This document shows, piece after piece, positions 8,701 through 17,160 of a DNA stretch of 24,891 bases. The DNA lies in IMG/VR virus record IMGVR_UViG_3300047290_000145, positions 1 through 24,891 of that record; one strand, 5' to 3'. The notes under the pieces were generated by a model. The model was not told the DNA's origin. It saw nothing but the letters and a program-made list of their open reading frames with translations, and did no database searches. The position numbers were made by a program, and so were the translations under genes. This stretch comes from a virus (taxonomy: Duplodnaviria; Caudoviricetes). Positions within the stretch are counted from its first letter, which is position 1, and every line of letters begins with the position of its first letter.

Positions 8701-9950
8701 ATAATTGCCGCTTTGATTTTTGCGGCTTTGATGATTTCCGCCTTGGGAGGAACATAGCCAAATGTGGCAACAGCTTTGGCCAATCCTTTCCTTCGGGTAA
8801 GAAGCATCCTTACGGCTTGCAAGCGTTTGGCAAGTTCTTCGGGCGTTTCCGCTTGGAGCTGCGAAATGGAAAGCAATTGCCCCGTTTTGGGGTCAAGAAA
8901 ATGTTCCCACCCGGGGATTTCCCCTTTAGGCAGTTTGGCCAATACGGCTTGATACCGTCGCTTTCCTACGGCTGCGTGTTGTTCTTGAGGCGTTGCGCTT
9001 TTAAACCATTGCTGGTAAACAAGCGGATCCGGGACAAGCTCTTTTTCAGCATCAGCAAACACGGCTTTCGCTGCCGGGTCATTCTCGATGTGGACTTGGA
9101 TATCCATTACTGGAGTCAAATAACAGCGGCAATTATGGGCAACGGTCCCGTCTGGCTCATGTGGAGGATGCGGCATTGCCGTGATGGCTTTTTGCCCTTG
9201 CTTTGGGCTTTTGTAATAAATTTCTCCGGACCTTGCAGCATGATGCGGCCTTGTATGTGAATCCATTGTGGCATGGATTTGGTAGCCCACGACAAGGTCA
9301 CCTAGTTGTTCGTATTCCGCCATACGGGTCATTTGGGCAACCCTAGCCGCTTCGGTCCTTGCAACCCGCCTTGCGCTTGTCCTGACACCTTGCAGCATGG
9401 GCAGCAAGGTTTGTTCAAGGGCTTTGGGAGTTTGCCCGCTTGCCCTCCAATTGACAACAGCGTTGGCAATCTGTGCGGGATCGCCCAGTTTGGTTTGTTG
9501 AATGATCCGGGACCTCCAACCCAATCCGGCTGTTGGTGCTTCCACGATTTTTTTTGCGTCGTCTATTTTCATTGGATCAAAAAGCATCGACTTGATTTGC
9601 CGCTCCTGATCTGGAGTCGCTTTTTCTTCCGTGATCAACAAATTTTTGTAGCCATCGGGAAGCATTCCAAACACGGCATCTTGCGTTGCTTTTGATGTTT
9701 TGATGGCGATCTTTTCCAGACCGTCTTGCAGGGTGTCAATTCCTGCTAAAAGCATTTCGTCAATTAGCTTTTTGAGCTTTTCCCGAAACACCCAATAACC
9801 CGGCTTTTTGCTACGAATTAGCGCCTGAATTCGACGCCATTGTTTTTGAATAGCTGCATCAGCACGGGCCCCTAGTTTGTCTCCAGCGACAATAACAGGG
9901 GCCTGTGTCGTTCCGATTTTTGCAGCTAGAACTTGTGAATGGTAACCCAT
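5727..9950 (-). CDS. MuF/SPP1 gp7-family minor head protein with Pro-rich linker, kinase-like domain and probable ADP-ribosyltransferase domain
   Basis: N-terminal MuF motifs 'ARRVARTE', 'MDSHTRPHHAARSG', 'PPH......HNCRC'; directly after the portal gene. Kinase-like: GGSTGA...K...E...DALLGNWD...N...IDNG. ART-like: VYRTE...ESYAS...EENELIV. Confidence 0.85.
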   Translation of the reverse strand: MGYHSQVLAAKIGTTQAPVIVAGDKLGARADAAIQKQWRRIQALIRSKKPGYWVFREKLKKLIDEMLLAGIDTLQDGLEKIAIKTSKATQDAVFGMLPDGYKNLLITEEKATPDQERQIKSMLFDPMKIDDAKKIVEAPTAGLGWRSRIIQQTKLGDPAQIANAVVNWRASGQTPKALEQTLLPMLQGVRTSARRVARTEAARVAQMTRMAEYEQLGDLVVGYQIHATMDSHTRPHHAARSGEIYYKSPKQGQKAITAMPHPPHEPDGTVAHNCRCYLTPVMDIQVHIENDPAAKAVFADAEKELVPDPLVYQQWFKSATPQEQHAAVGKRRYQAVLAKLPKGEIPGWEHFLDPKTGQLLSISQLQAETPEELAKRLQAVRMLLTRRKGLAKAVATFGYVPPKAEIIKAAKIKAAIINVAGMTAPITAPSIVSTAKQIIAPAPNIAPNIAPNIASIPAPATNIPVSSPAPITLPIFTGKLDFDTMYPVYNGLQQGKQQTIPPDLVPAGYTLALYTGAFPFEALVVNYTDVPSYATYSGKVAIIPKNPSPTPTSPPPPPSGPPPGLVLHSKKPRFKTTAPVYAWTSKNIGDMKVIPSGYSVVSDDDTGDLFIVSSADVPISAKKYGMAYTYKKPPITTPSAPTPAPQASAPVSLPKGFGTLSAGASGLPGVGGKHPVYKYNNSLNDLKKSAPFHMSGYEAIYNPNDWTVHFVHFNDLPTGAIFPWKYIDKKTGEVSSSSSYDPATMIALYKYNPSVASSLPSVPAAAASAPIPTVPMVPQNIIPAKPPATLPEIKIKNLPPPASAGQQTLISAKKEMKDRLLAVLKNKSDEAEHDPNMWNVPTIPGAPKPAIGLTDSNGNHKAFVPHNDLSLVVPVSRFETRKDFPSLEKLTQGKRLGGSTGADLVTDETGKKWVRKLGASRDHIQSEADADALYAALGVPVPASKLYSTGGALTKIAEHIDGETLDKKFSDPDVQKKIQANFAADALLGNWDVIGMSADNIIVGKDGTPYRIDNGGALAFRAQGQKKTSDQWDAHPTELWSMSDPRNATKSDAQGKAAQIYGQMPWMDTVEQMEKIVKSKEEILKATPAEHKDILEKRIEQMRDIAATSRTLVNDGYDPEYAKDFTRHQQNLRRLKITGNLPKRLGDFSLDGMRSGNVEVRDENKKLFDNLRDYGGITDQWRKYMEANGGDWNEFVQYGQGQGLSSNSKTSNKFKLFMQSVQPGADFSQSYAKHKTADKKKFMLETGLDEQGYQKYRTTMSSMHALTSELLRNTDMLGNNRAQGFVSVYRTETKQAFKDQSKLQAERWDSPNNIPADEFNPGVAESYASFRTVEVHNEDLIQIEVPHHRVFSSYLFGRNIGDVSKPTFLNNEENELIVMAHGYGAKSWGSAKKLFSSHSLNWKNAHG
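8590..8627. repeat. 12-bp tandem repeat x3 (GCTATGTTGGGA) encoding (APNI)3 in the MuF linker
   Basis: Exact copies at 8590, 8602 and 8614. Confidence 0.9.
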
Positions 9951-11461
9951 TAGAGTGATGGAGTCCCTATTGGCATACCCGGCTGCGTAGCCATTTCCTC
10001 ATGATATTCTTGGATCTTTTGCTTTTCCTTCTCCCAATCAAGGCCCAATTCCTGAGCGACTGTTTGTGGAGATTTTACGCCGTTGGTAATGTAGGTTTGG
10101 TTTGCGACGGCTTCTTGGGTCTTGTCCCGTGTTTCAACCGATGGTGCTGTTGCTTCGATTTCGACCATATGCAAGATTCTTTCCGGAAGTTCTCCCACAT
10201 CGATTGCATTTTGAACGGCTGCGGTAATGACTCGTAGAAACGGACGCCGATAAAATTCCTGCAATCTGAGACAGTTCCTAAGGAATGGGCTTTCTGCTGT
10301 TAAGCTGCTTGCGTAGTTGTTGTTTGAAGCATCCCCAGAGCAAAGCCATTCAGGGGCGTTATGCCTTGCAGAAGCAGAACGAAGCAACATGGAGAAGATT
10401 TCAAGATGCCCTGCGGAGTTTGCGGAACCGGGAGGGGTTATGTAATTCATTCCCTTTGGAATATCTAGGAAGCTTCCGGCCTCAAGGCGTTGGAAGTCGG
10501 ATTGCCTTCCTGAATTTCCCATCGTGGAATAGTCGATAGCCTGTTGGATAAAAGTTTCGACCTGTCCTGCGGTGCTGGTATCGTGTTGCCGCACGGCTGC
10601 GATGGCCGCTTGAACCGCTCCACCTTCCGCAAGGTTTCGTCGAAGCTTCCCGGATTGACTAAAGATTTCGTGGGTTTCAAAGCTGAAGTCGGGAAGGCCT
10701 CTTTTGATGGACCGCCTGACATTGCACTTGATATGAACCATTTGTTCCGAAGGGACAATTTCGCCCAGTTCCGGATTTTTGGAATCTGCACCTAATGGCG
10801 CAAGATAGTGGACATGATACGCAATAATGTTGAATACATCGTCTGGATCAGTTTGGATTCCGTACGACCATTCTGCAAACTGTGAATTGGGAGGCTGTAT
10901 GATTTGCTCCGGTTCCACGGTTCTAATTTTCATGCGCCCGGAAGGTTGAGGAAACATCCGCAAGAACGCATCGCCATCTTCCCGACTCCGGGAAAATGCC
11001 TCTTGTTCCATTTCCTGCCACGAATTTTCCTCCATGAAACGGTCAATCACTTTTTGAACTTTACGAATCCATCCCGGATCGATTCCTGATTGATCTTTTT
11101 CTCTGACGGAATACGAAAAGCCTTTGCCGATGACATAGGATGTCAGGCCGTTAAGCAACCCAAAGGCGCTAGGATTCATGGCCACGATCATCCGGCTGCT
11201 TGCCCGGATCAAAGCAAGTTCTGATTCCGAAACCCAAAAAGGAAAATTGCTTCCGTATCGTCTGTCCGATGGTTGGGTAATCGGATAGACATTTCCTACG
11301 CCGTCCCGATACCGATCAAGCGTGTTGCTATAATTTGTAAGCCAAAAGTCTGTCCCCATTCCTTCCAGCATTCGTTCTGCCCGTTCGAGCATTTTTACTT
11401 TTAGTTTATCTTCCAGTTCCGCACGCTGTTTTGCGAAGTTTGGTTTGGATGTTCTGCTCAC
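9950..11461 (-). CDS. Portal protein
   Basis: 503 aa between TerL and MuF; 'YVIGKG', 'REDGDAFLR', 'RGLPD' and 'GDASNNNYASS' are portal-type motifs. Confidence 0.85.
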   Translation of the reverse strand: MSRTSKPNFAKQRAELEDKLKVKMLERAERMLEGMGTDFWLTNYSNTLDRYRDGVGNVYPITQPSDRRYGSNFPFWVSESELALIRASSRMIVAMNPSAFGLLNGLTSYVIGKGFSYSVREKDQSGIDPGWIRKVQKVIDRFMEENSWQEMEQEAFSRSREDGDAFLRMFPQPSGRMKIRTVEPEQIIQPPNSQFAEWSYGIQTDPDDVFNIIAYHVHYLAPLGADSKNPELGEIVPSEQMVHIKCNVRRSIKRGLPDFSFETHEIFSQSGKLRRNLAEGGAVQAAIAAVRQHDTSTAGQVETFIQQAIDYSTMGNSGRQSDFQRLEAGSFLDIPKGMNYITPPGSANSAGHLEIFSMLLRSASARHNAPEWLCSGDASNNNYASSLTAESPFLRNCLRLQEFYRRPFLRVITAAVQNAIDVGELPERILHMVEIEATAPSVETRDKTQEAVANQTYITNGVKSPQTVAQELGLDWEKEKQKIQEYHEEMATQPGMPIGTPSL

Positions 11462-12987
11462 GCTCGTAACCCTCGTGCTGTACTGTTTTTGCGTCCGTTG
11501 TACATTTCTATCATACTACGCAAGCCCATTTCCAAAGCGTCGGGCCCGTCATCGTGGGCATCGTTTGGAAATGATTGCATCTGTTTTATCATTATCGTCG
11601 TTCCTTTGGATTTTGCTTTGAAACGGAATTGTCCTTGGCGGAGATAAGGGCCCAATCTGCGAATGCGAACTGTTTTGGCAATGTTGTTGATGACTGAGAC
11701 AACAGGCACAGGAAATCCGGCCTGAAGGGCTTTTTGCCGAACGCCCACGGCAAGAAGTTCTTGGAATTGATTGGTCTCGAATGCGATGGCGTCTGCCCGA
11801 AATTGATCTTGAGTTTCGATAACTAGATCAATCAAGGATTCTGCCGGAAGGCGCTCCATAATCGCTTCGCACCAAATGTTCCCTTGTGCATCCATTCCCA
11901 TTTTGACAATAGCGGAATAATCCCCAGAGGAGGCGGAAGCACCTTTGGAAGGGTCAACCCCGATGACCTTGAGAACCATGGGGACATTCGGCCATTCGTC
12001 GAACCATATGGAATTGGGGAAATATTCTGGAGGCCATTCGACCCCGCCTGAGGATCTTGGGGATTGGTCGTAAAGTGCCGCCCATTCATAATCATCGATG
12101 GAGGCCTTCATCTGATTCAATTTTTCAATGGTATATTTTTCGGGCCAAAGTGCTTCACCCGGTGAACGATGATCGTATGGTTCCAAATCATGCCCAGCAA
12201 TTGCCGGAAGCCTAACCACTTCCCATTGATCTGCGGAAGGATCTTCAGCCGCTTTTTGAATGAGCATTCCGGCAAGATCATCCGTATGCCAGCGGGTCAT
12301 GATGATCAGAATCCGTGCGTCTTGTTCTTGCCGTGTGTAAAAAGTGGAGGTGTACCAGTCCCAAACTTTTTGGCGGAATACTGGAGAATCTGCTTCCGCC
12401 CGGGACTTGATTGGGTCATCGCAAATCAGGATGTTTCCACCAAGGCCTGTAATGCCTCCGCCAACTCCTGCGCTTCGGTACGCTCCGGAATGTCCCACGA
12501 TTTCAAAAATGGAGCTGTTGCGAAGTGGGATCCCGGATTCTGTTCTGACATTGGATTCATTAAGCCGGACTTTTGGAAAAATCTGCTGATAAGCCGGGGA
12601 ATCCATAATCCTTTGAACATCCCGGTTCATCGAGCTGGCAAGGTCTGCGCCGTAAGATGTTGCAATGATTTTGGTATTAGGATTTCTTCCAAGGGCCCAT
12701 GCAGGAAACCTTCTTGAAGCAAGTTCGCTTTTTCCGTGTCGTGGAGGAAGGGAAATGATCAGGCGTCGAAGGGTGCCTGTGGCCATTTGTTGCAGCTTTT
12801 CCGCCATTAACCTATGATGCCAGCCCGCTTGATAATCTGGCATGGTAGCTTGAACAAATGAAAGGAAATCGTTCCTTGCTGCGATTCGCTCCGCTAGAAC
12901 TTTTGTTGCTCGAATGGCCTGTTCTCGCAACTTAAGCCTTTTCAAGCCTTGCTGCTGCGTCTTTGATAATTTTTGCGAGTTCGACAT
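11458..12987 (-). CDS. terL: Terminase large subunit
   Basis: Walker A 'PPRHGKS', Walker B 'ILICDD', motif III 'MTRWH', nuclease 'GVDP..DYSA..HDDGPDA'. Start uncertain (12987 or 13002). Confidence 0.95.
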   Translation of the reverse strand: MSNSQKLSKTQQQGLKRLKLREQAIRATKVLAERIAARNDFLSFVQATMPDYQAGWHHRLMAEKLQQMATGTLRRLIISLPPRHGKSELASRRFPAWALGRNPNTKIIATSYGADLASSMNRDVQRIMDSPAYQQIFPKVRLNESNVRTESGIPLRNSSIFEIVGHSGAYRSAGVGGGITGLGGNILICDDPIKSRAEADSPVFRQKVWDWYTSTFYTRQEQDARILIIMTRWHTDDLAGMLIQKAAEDPSADQWEVVRLPAIAGHDLEPYDHRSPGEALWPEKYTIEKLNQMKASIDDYEWAALYDQSPRSSGGVEWPPEYFPNSIWFDEWPNVPMVLKVIGVDPSKGASASSGDYSAIVKMGMDAQGNIWCEAIMERLPAESLIDLVIETQDQFRADAIAFETNQFQELLAVGVRQKALQAGFPVPVVSVINNIAKTVRIRRLGPYLRQGQFRFKAKSKGTTIMIKQMQSFPNDAHDDGPDALEMGLRSMIEMYNGRKNSTARGLRA

Positions 12988-13321
12988 CCGACATTTCCTC
13001 AAGAGGCGTTTCTTCTGTTCGCTGAATCAATTCTGTTCTTTCAATATATCCCCTGCTTTTTCCAATAGTTTTTAGAGTAAAACAAACTGCCCAGCCTTCT
13101 TTTTTTGTTACGGCAGAATACAAAGCACTTTCGGCAACATCAACCAAGGACTCTCTTGCATCGTCAAGGATTGTTTTTAACTGTGGTGTCCTTTTGATCC
13201 GTTGATACAAAGCATTTCGGGTCATTCCAAGCGATCTGGCCGCTACAGAAATGTTACCCATTGATTTTTGCAAAGTATCTTCAATGACTGAAAGTTTTGT
13301 TCCGTAACGCCTAGTGCCCAT
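12932..13321 (-). CDS. terS: Terminase small subunit (HTH)
   Basis: 'GNISVAARSLGMTRNALYQRI' HTH followed by 'VDVAESAL...AVCFTLKTIGKSRGYIER'; immediately upstream of TerL. Confidence 0.8.
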   Translation of the reverse strand: MGTRRYGTKLSVIEDTLQKSMGNISVAARSLGMTRNALYQRIKRTPQLKTILDDARESLVDVAESALYSAVTKKEGWAVCFTLKTIGKSRGYIERTELIQRTEETPLEEMSDVELAKIIKDAAARLEKA

Positions 13322-13382
13322 TTCCCTTCCCCATTCTTTTTTACAGGTGTCAACTTTTGTTCATTTAGCCATTATTTTATCA

Positions 13383-14255
13383 TTACTTTCCGTTTTTTTT
13401 GCTTTGGTGCTTTTCGTTTAAAATCACGGGAGCTGCATTGGCCCAATTTATTTGATGATGTACCCTTTTGTTTTCCGTATGGAGCATAGAAATTTTGGTA
13501 CAGCTTGGAGCAATCATCACGGTATAAAATGATTTGACATAAGTTCCATATTCTTTATAGGCTTCTGTAATTCCCCCGGAGCTGCTTTGAGTTGGTTTTT
13601 GGTTCAATGAAATTAGTGGAAAAGTGAAAAACAATTCACCACGAATCGCCCCGCTTGTGTAAGTATTAACATCTTCATTTAGACGCCCCAAAAACTGAAT
13701 AGGGCGATCTGTTAAACAAAAAAATGAATTCATACATTTTCGTTTTAAAATTGGCTTTGTTGCTAATGAACCATTTTTCCCTCCAATAAAATCCCCACCT
13801 TGAGCAAAAGCAATTGACTTGATTGGAGTTGTTTTTAAAAATCGAACCATAGAGGCAAAAACATTGTTTAAGCTTTTTTTGATAATAGATGTTGCATATT
13901 GCCCTTGGCTATCAGTCCGAAATGAAAATTCTGTATAGTCGTCGTCGAGCTGAACAAAATATTTTAATTTTAATTTTTTAGCAGCTTCAAATGATGCATT
14001 TCTTGCATGAGTAATGGTCCTTCTGTCTTCAAAATTATCCATTTCATCTGTTTTATCTGACATCTGTTTTTTGTCAAATATAATGACATTTTCGCCATAA
14101 TTTTCAATATATTTTGATGCAGTAGAATCTTCGTTGTCAACCAAATAGTATATTGGGCCTGTATAGCCACATTTTTTAAGTGTAGCAATAGTGTAAATTT
14201 TATCTGGCCTTCCATGTGTAAGAATCAAAACGGCAAAATCATTCAGATCATTCAT
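13383..14255 (-). CDS. GT-A fold glycosyltransferase (GREB1/TET-associated-GT-like), putative DNA-modifying
   Basis: 'ILTHGRP', 'HARN', DxD-type 'QLDDDY', 'FLGRLNEDV' and 'GGIT' fit phage TAGT/GREB1-like glycosyltransferases; AT-rich; start moved to ATG 14255. Confidence 0.75.
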   Translation of the reverse strand: MNDLNDFAVLILTHGRPDKIYTIATLKKCGYTGPIYYLVDNEDSTASKYIENYGENVIIFDKKQMSDKTDEMDNFEDRRTITHARNASFEAAKKLKLKYFVQLDDDYTEFSFRTDSQGQYATSIIKKSLNNVFASMVRFLKTTPIKSIAFAQGGDFIGGKNGSLATKPILKRKCMNSFFCLTDRPIQFLGRLNEDVNTYTSGAIRGELFFTFPLISLNQKPTQSSSGGITEAYKEYGTYVKSFYTVMIAPSCTKISMLHTENKRVHHQINWANAAPVILNEKHQSKKNGK

Positions 14256-15012
14256 TAGTTTCTTCCCCACACATTTCCATGATTTCTTTAGTAATCTTTA
14301 CAAAGCCATTTTCGATAGCTTTTTTGACATCAATTATTACAAGTGCAGAGTTTTCAAAAAGCCGTTTTTCCTCATCGAAAGAATGTGCGTAAAAATCTGC
14401 AATGAGTTCATAATTGAAAACGATATGGCGGCTTGCCGCTTTTTTCAAAAATTCCTTTATTTCCGAGGAAATATTAGACGATTCAATTTCATTGACAAGT
14501 TTGTCATACTTTTCCGTATCAATGAGCTGATCAAGATTTGGCTTTTCATTTTTTGGTTCATAAATTGGAACTTCTGATTTTCTAGTGTATGTTTCCTCTT
14601 TTTCAATAATTCCAGCTTCTTCGGCCAAACTGGTAAGCATATCTGCAACTGCTTGATTATCAGTCTGAACATTTCTGAGTAAATTGTCAAGCATTTCAGA
14701 ATCGGTTTTTGCCATTGCGGATAGTGGATCGAATGTTGCAAGAATTTTGTTTCCTTCTTCTTCTGTCACATCCAAAATCAAACAAGGAATTTCTGAATCA
14801 GGACAAGTTTCAGTCCTTAAGTGTCCATCAATCAGCATTAAACCTTCTGGGGTTTCTCTGGCTAGTACTGCGCCTGCAAATCCAATATCCGCAAGAATAC
14901 CACGCAAAGCTTCTTTTTGTGCTTTAGGATGAACTCTCCAATTTTTTGGATTTGGTGCAAGTTCAGATGCTTTCACCCTACGAAATTCTTTGATGCGATC
15001 TTTAATTTTCAT
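14248..15012 (-). CDS. ParB-like N-terminal domain fused to a helical domain of unknown function
   Basis: 'LAPNPKNWRVHP..Q...L......GF' and 'LIDGHLR' are ParB/Srx-like motifs; distinct C-terminal region 'YTRK..PIYEP...FLKKAASRHIVFNYELIADFYAH...SALVIID'. Start moved to ATG 15012. Confidence 0.8.
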   Translation of the reverse strand: MKIKDRIKEFRRVKASELAPNPKNWRVHPKAQKEALRGILADIGFAGAVLARETPEGLMLIDGHLRTETCPDSEIPCLILDVTEEEGNKILATFDPLSAMAKTDSEMLDNLLRNVQTDNQAVADMLTSLAEEAGIIEKEETYTRKSEVPIYEPKNEKPNLDQLIDTEKYDKLVNEIESSNISSEIKEFLKKAASRHIVFNYELIADFYAHSFDEEKRLFENSALVIIDVKKAIENGFVKITKEIMEMCGEETNE

Positions 15013-15325
15013 CAAACAGCTCCTCAATCAAAAAGTAGGTCGTCTTTCCTGTTGCGTTCTTAAATTCATTTTTTGCTGGCTCTCGTGGTGCTGGAACCGA
15101 ATCGTCAGGATGAAATAGTTCTTCCCCTGCTTTTGCCCGTTCAGCCAATGATCTCATGTGGTTCCTTGATTGTATTGGTTCCTGTGCTTTTTTTGCACGG
15201 TACAGTTCCGGGCATATGATTTCGCAAATTTTGGCCCATACTCCAGCGGGAATTTCTTTGCCGACAACTATGTAGGCATTTTCAATTCGTCGCTCAAGAG
15301 TTTTTACCAAAACGGCTTGTTTCAT
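15002..15325 (-). CDS. Hypothetical protein
   Basis: 107 aa, ATGA-coupled to the upstream gene and overlapping the downstream start. Confidence 0.65.
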   Translation of the reverse strand: MKQAVLVKTLERRIENAYIVVGKEIPAGVWAKICEIICPELYRAKKAQEPIQSRNHMRSLAERAKAGEELFHPDDSVPAPREPAKNEFKNATGKTTYFLIEELFDEN

Positions 15326-15762
15326 CCAACATATCCAAGCGTTTCATTTAGCGCTTCATCATCTAGAATTTCTGTCATTGCATCTTTGGGCCAAACAATT
15401 TCCGGATGCGCTGGAGAACCTAGCAGGATATTATTTCCTGCGCTTAATGGAGGCTTTTCCATTTTGATCGTTTTGAGTTTGGGGCAACAGGCAAACGCAA
15501 ACGACCCGATTGTTATGACGGAATCCGGGATAATGATTTCTTCAAGATCAGGGCAACCCATAAAAGCCATCGCACCGATGCTGATATAGGAAGAAGCGAT
15601 AGAAATCTTCTTGATTCCTTTCTTTCTGGCAAAAGCTTCTTTGCCGATATAAAGCATAAAATGCCCATCGATCAATGGAGGAATCATTATTGATTGCTCA
15701 TTGCCTTTATACCGAAACAGAATGTTTCCATTGATGTCGTATAGTTCGCTGTAGTAGCTCAT
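15322..15762 (-). CDS. BspA/TpLRR-type leucine-rich repeat protein
   Basis: About three repeats: 'IGKEAF', 'SIGAMAFMGCPDLEEIIIPDSVITIGSFAFACCPKLKTI'. Start moved to ATG 15762 (MSYYSEL); no signal peptide. Confidence 0.85.
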   Translation of the reverse strand: MSYYSELYDINGNILFRYKGNEQSIMIPPLIDGHFMLYIGKEAFARKKGIKKISIASSYISIGAMAFMGCPDLEEIIIPDSVITIGSFAFACCPKLKTIKMEKPPLSAGNNILLGSPAHPEIVWPKDAMTEILDDEALNETLGYVG

Positions 15763-16235
15763 TGTTCTGTCCCGTCTGTTGGAAAAGCTTTTTTGCCTAA
15801 CCAGTCCTGTAGTAGAGCAAGTGCTTTTCCGTTGTCGATCCATTCCGGGAGGATCCGAAAAATTGTGTAACCTTGCAGCGTGATGGCGTTGTATTTTTCA
15901 ATGTCCGCACGAAACCCTGCTGGGCGCACATGGCGTCCACCTGTCCAGATTCCTCCCTCGATTTCGATGACAAGCCCCCATTGTGGCCAAAAAAGATCTA
16001 CCCGCCATTTCCTTCCGGGAACAAGCATCTGTTCGTGTTTTGGAATAGGGAGTCCAGCGATTTGACAAACCATTGTCATAGCGGCATTGTTTTGGGCCCC
16101 TGATCGTGGGACTTTCTTTTTTTTCTTGGGAATCAAAATTGGGCCCCCCCCCAGACACAGGTTGGCTCCCCGAAAACAAGTAGACGCAAGGGGGGACCCG
16201 ATTAGATTCTTACCGTGATTTGGAAAATAAATCAA
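15759..16235 (-). CDS. PD-(D/E)xK endonuclease (Vsr/DUF559-like)
   Basis: 'RKWRVDLFWP...VIEIEGGIWTGGRH......DIEKYN.....GY.IFR' is a common phage nuclease signature. Confidence 0.8.
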   Translation of the reverse strand: MIYFPNHGKNLIGSPLASTCFRGANLCLGGGPILIPKKKKKVPRSGAQNNAAMTMVCQIAGLPIPKHEQMLVPGRKWRVDLFWPQWGLVIEIEGGIWTGGRHVRPAGFRADIEKYNAITLQGYTIFRILPEWIDNGKALALLQDWLGKKAFPTDGTEQ

Positions 16236-16423
16236 GGAAATATTTTCCTGAGGTCTTCCAGATGCTCAATCAATTTGCCCATTTGCACCTTACGCAACCG
16301 TGGCGGAAGGGTTGCATCTTCCATGGTGTCGAATAGTGCGACAGCGCAAGCAAACGCTGTCCCTAGGATCGCTTGGACATTTGTGATATTGGGCCCAAGG
16401 TCGATATCATTCGCATCCTGCAT
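16232..16423 (-). CDS. Hypothetical protein
   Basis: 63 aa helical ORF filling the gap, with overlaps on both sides. Confidence 0.55.
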   Translation of the reverse strand: MQDANDIDLGPNITNVQAILGTAFACAVALFDTMEDATLPPRLRKVQMGKLIEHLEDLRKIFP

Positions 16424-16967
16424 CTTTGATCCTCATTTGTTTTTTCAAGTTTTCTTTTGCCCGATTTGCCAATTGCCGCACCCGCTCCTTGGTAATCCCC
16501 ATTTCTGCTCCGACTTCGGACAGGGTTCGGCTTTCCCAAAACATCCGTTGTAGAACATCTTGATCCCGTTGATTTAGCTTTTTCAGGCAAGCCCGCAATA
16601 GTTCCAGTTCCAAAAAATCAACATTCAAATCATAGGTTGTTGGGATAGTCGTTTCGTAATCTTCGTCCATCGATGAATCAAACCTATGGTTGCGAATACG
16701 CTTGCGCTCCCAGCTACCCTTTCTTCTTCTCCAATCTCCCATCGCCCAATATGTTGCCCATGTTATGTATGTTCCGATGTTCGCCCGTGCAGGGTCCCAT
16801 TCTGGTATCATTCGGCAGACTGCAAGCTTTACGGACTGTAGGCAATCTGGGTCACGGAACTCCCGCCAATTCGCCATTTTGTTAAATTGCCTGTAAATGA
16901 GCCCGGTATTCGCACAGTACAAATCCCGCTGCTCCTGCGTCATTGGAACCATTTTTTTACCCTTCAT
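16407..16967 (-). CDS. Sigma-70-family RNA polymerase sigma factor-like protein
   Basis: Region 2-like 'WDPARANIGTYITW' and region 4 'LNQRDQDVL......RTLSEVGAEMGITKERVRQL'; GGAG RBS. Confidence 0.85.
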   Translation of the reverse strand: MKGKKMVPMTQEQRDLYCANTGLIYRQFNKMANWREFRDPDCLQSVKLAVCRMIPEWDPARANIGTYITWATYWAMGDWRRRKGSWERKRIRNHRFDSSMDEDYETTIPTTYDLNVDFLELELLRACLKKLNQRDQDVLQRMFWESRTLSEVGAEMGITKERVRQLANRAKENLKKQMRIKDAGCE

Positions 16968-17039
16968 TTTCTACTCCAACCGTCTCTTGTTTGGACTTTT
17001 ATACTTATTCTTTTTGGGCCCATATAGAGACACACAGAC

Positions 17040-17160
17040 ACACAAAGAAAAAAACAAAATAGGAAATCTAGGAAAGCTAGGAGCCCCCAAGAGAGAGGAA
17101 GATTTAGTTATAAATATAAAAAAAATATATAAATAAATAAGTCTTCTCTCTCTCCATCTC
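17040..17160. other. AT-rich imperfect palindrome with short direct repeats; putative replication origin
   Basis: TAGGAAA-tc-TAGGAAA-gc-TAGGAG, then GAGAGAGGAAGATTT...A/T-only core...AAGTCTTCTCTCTCTC, just downstream of the primase-helicase gene. Confidence 0.45.

Noticed and set aside
13348-13353. TTGACA on the minus strand upstream of terS
   Set aside because: No -10 element at a 16-18 bp spacing; the RBS occupies that position.
16144-16152. C9 tract (G9 on the coding strand) in the nuclease gene as a phase-variation site
   Set aside because: The frame is intact from a coupled ATG, and a single sequence gives no evidence of length variation.
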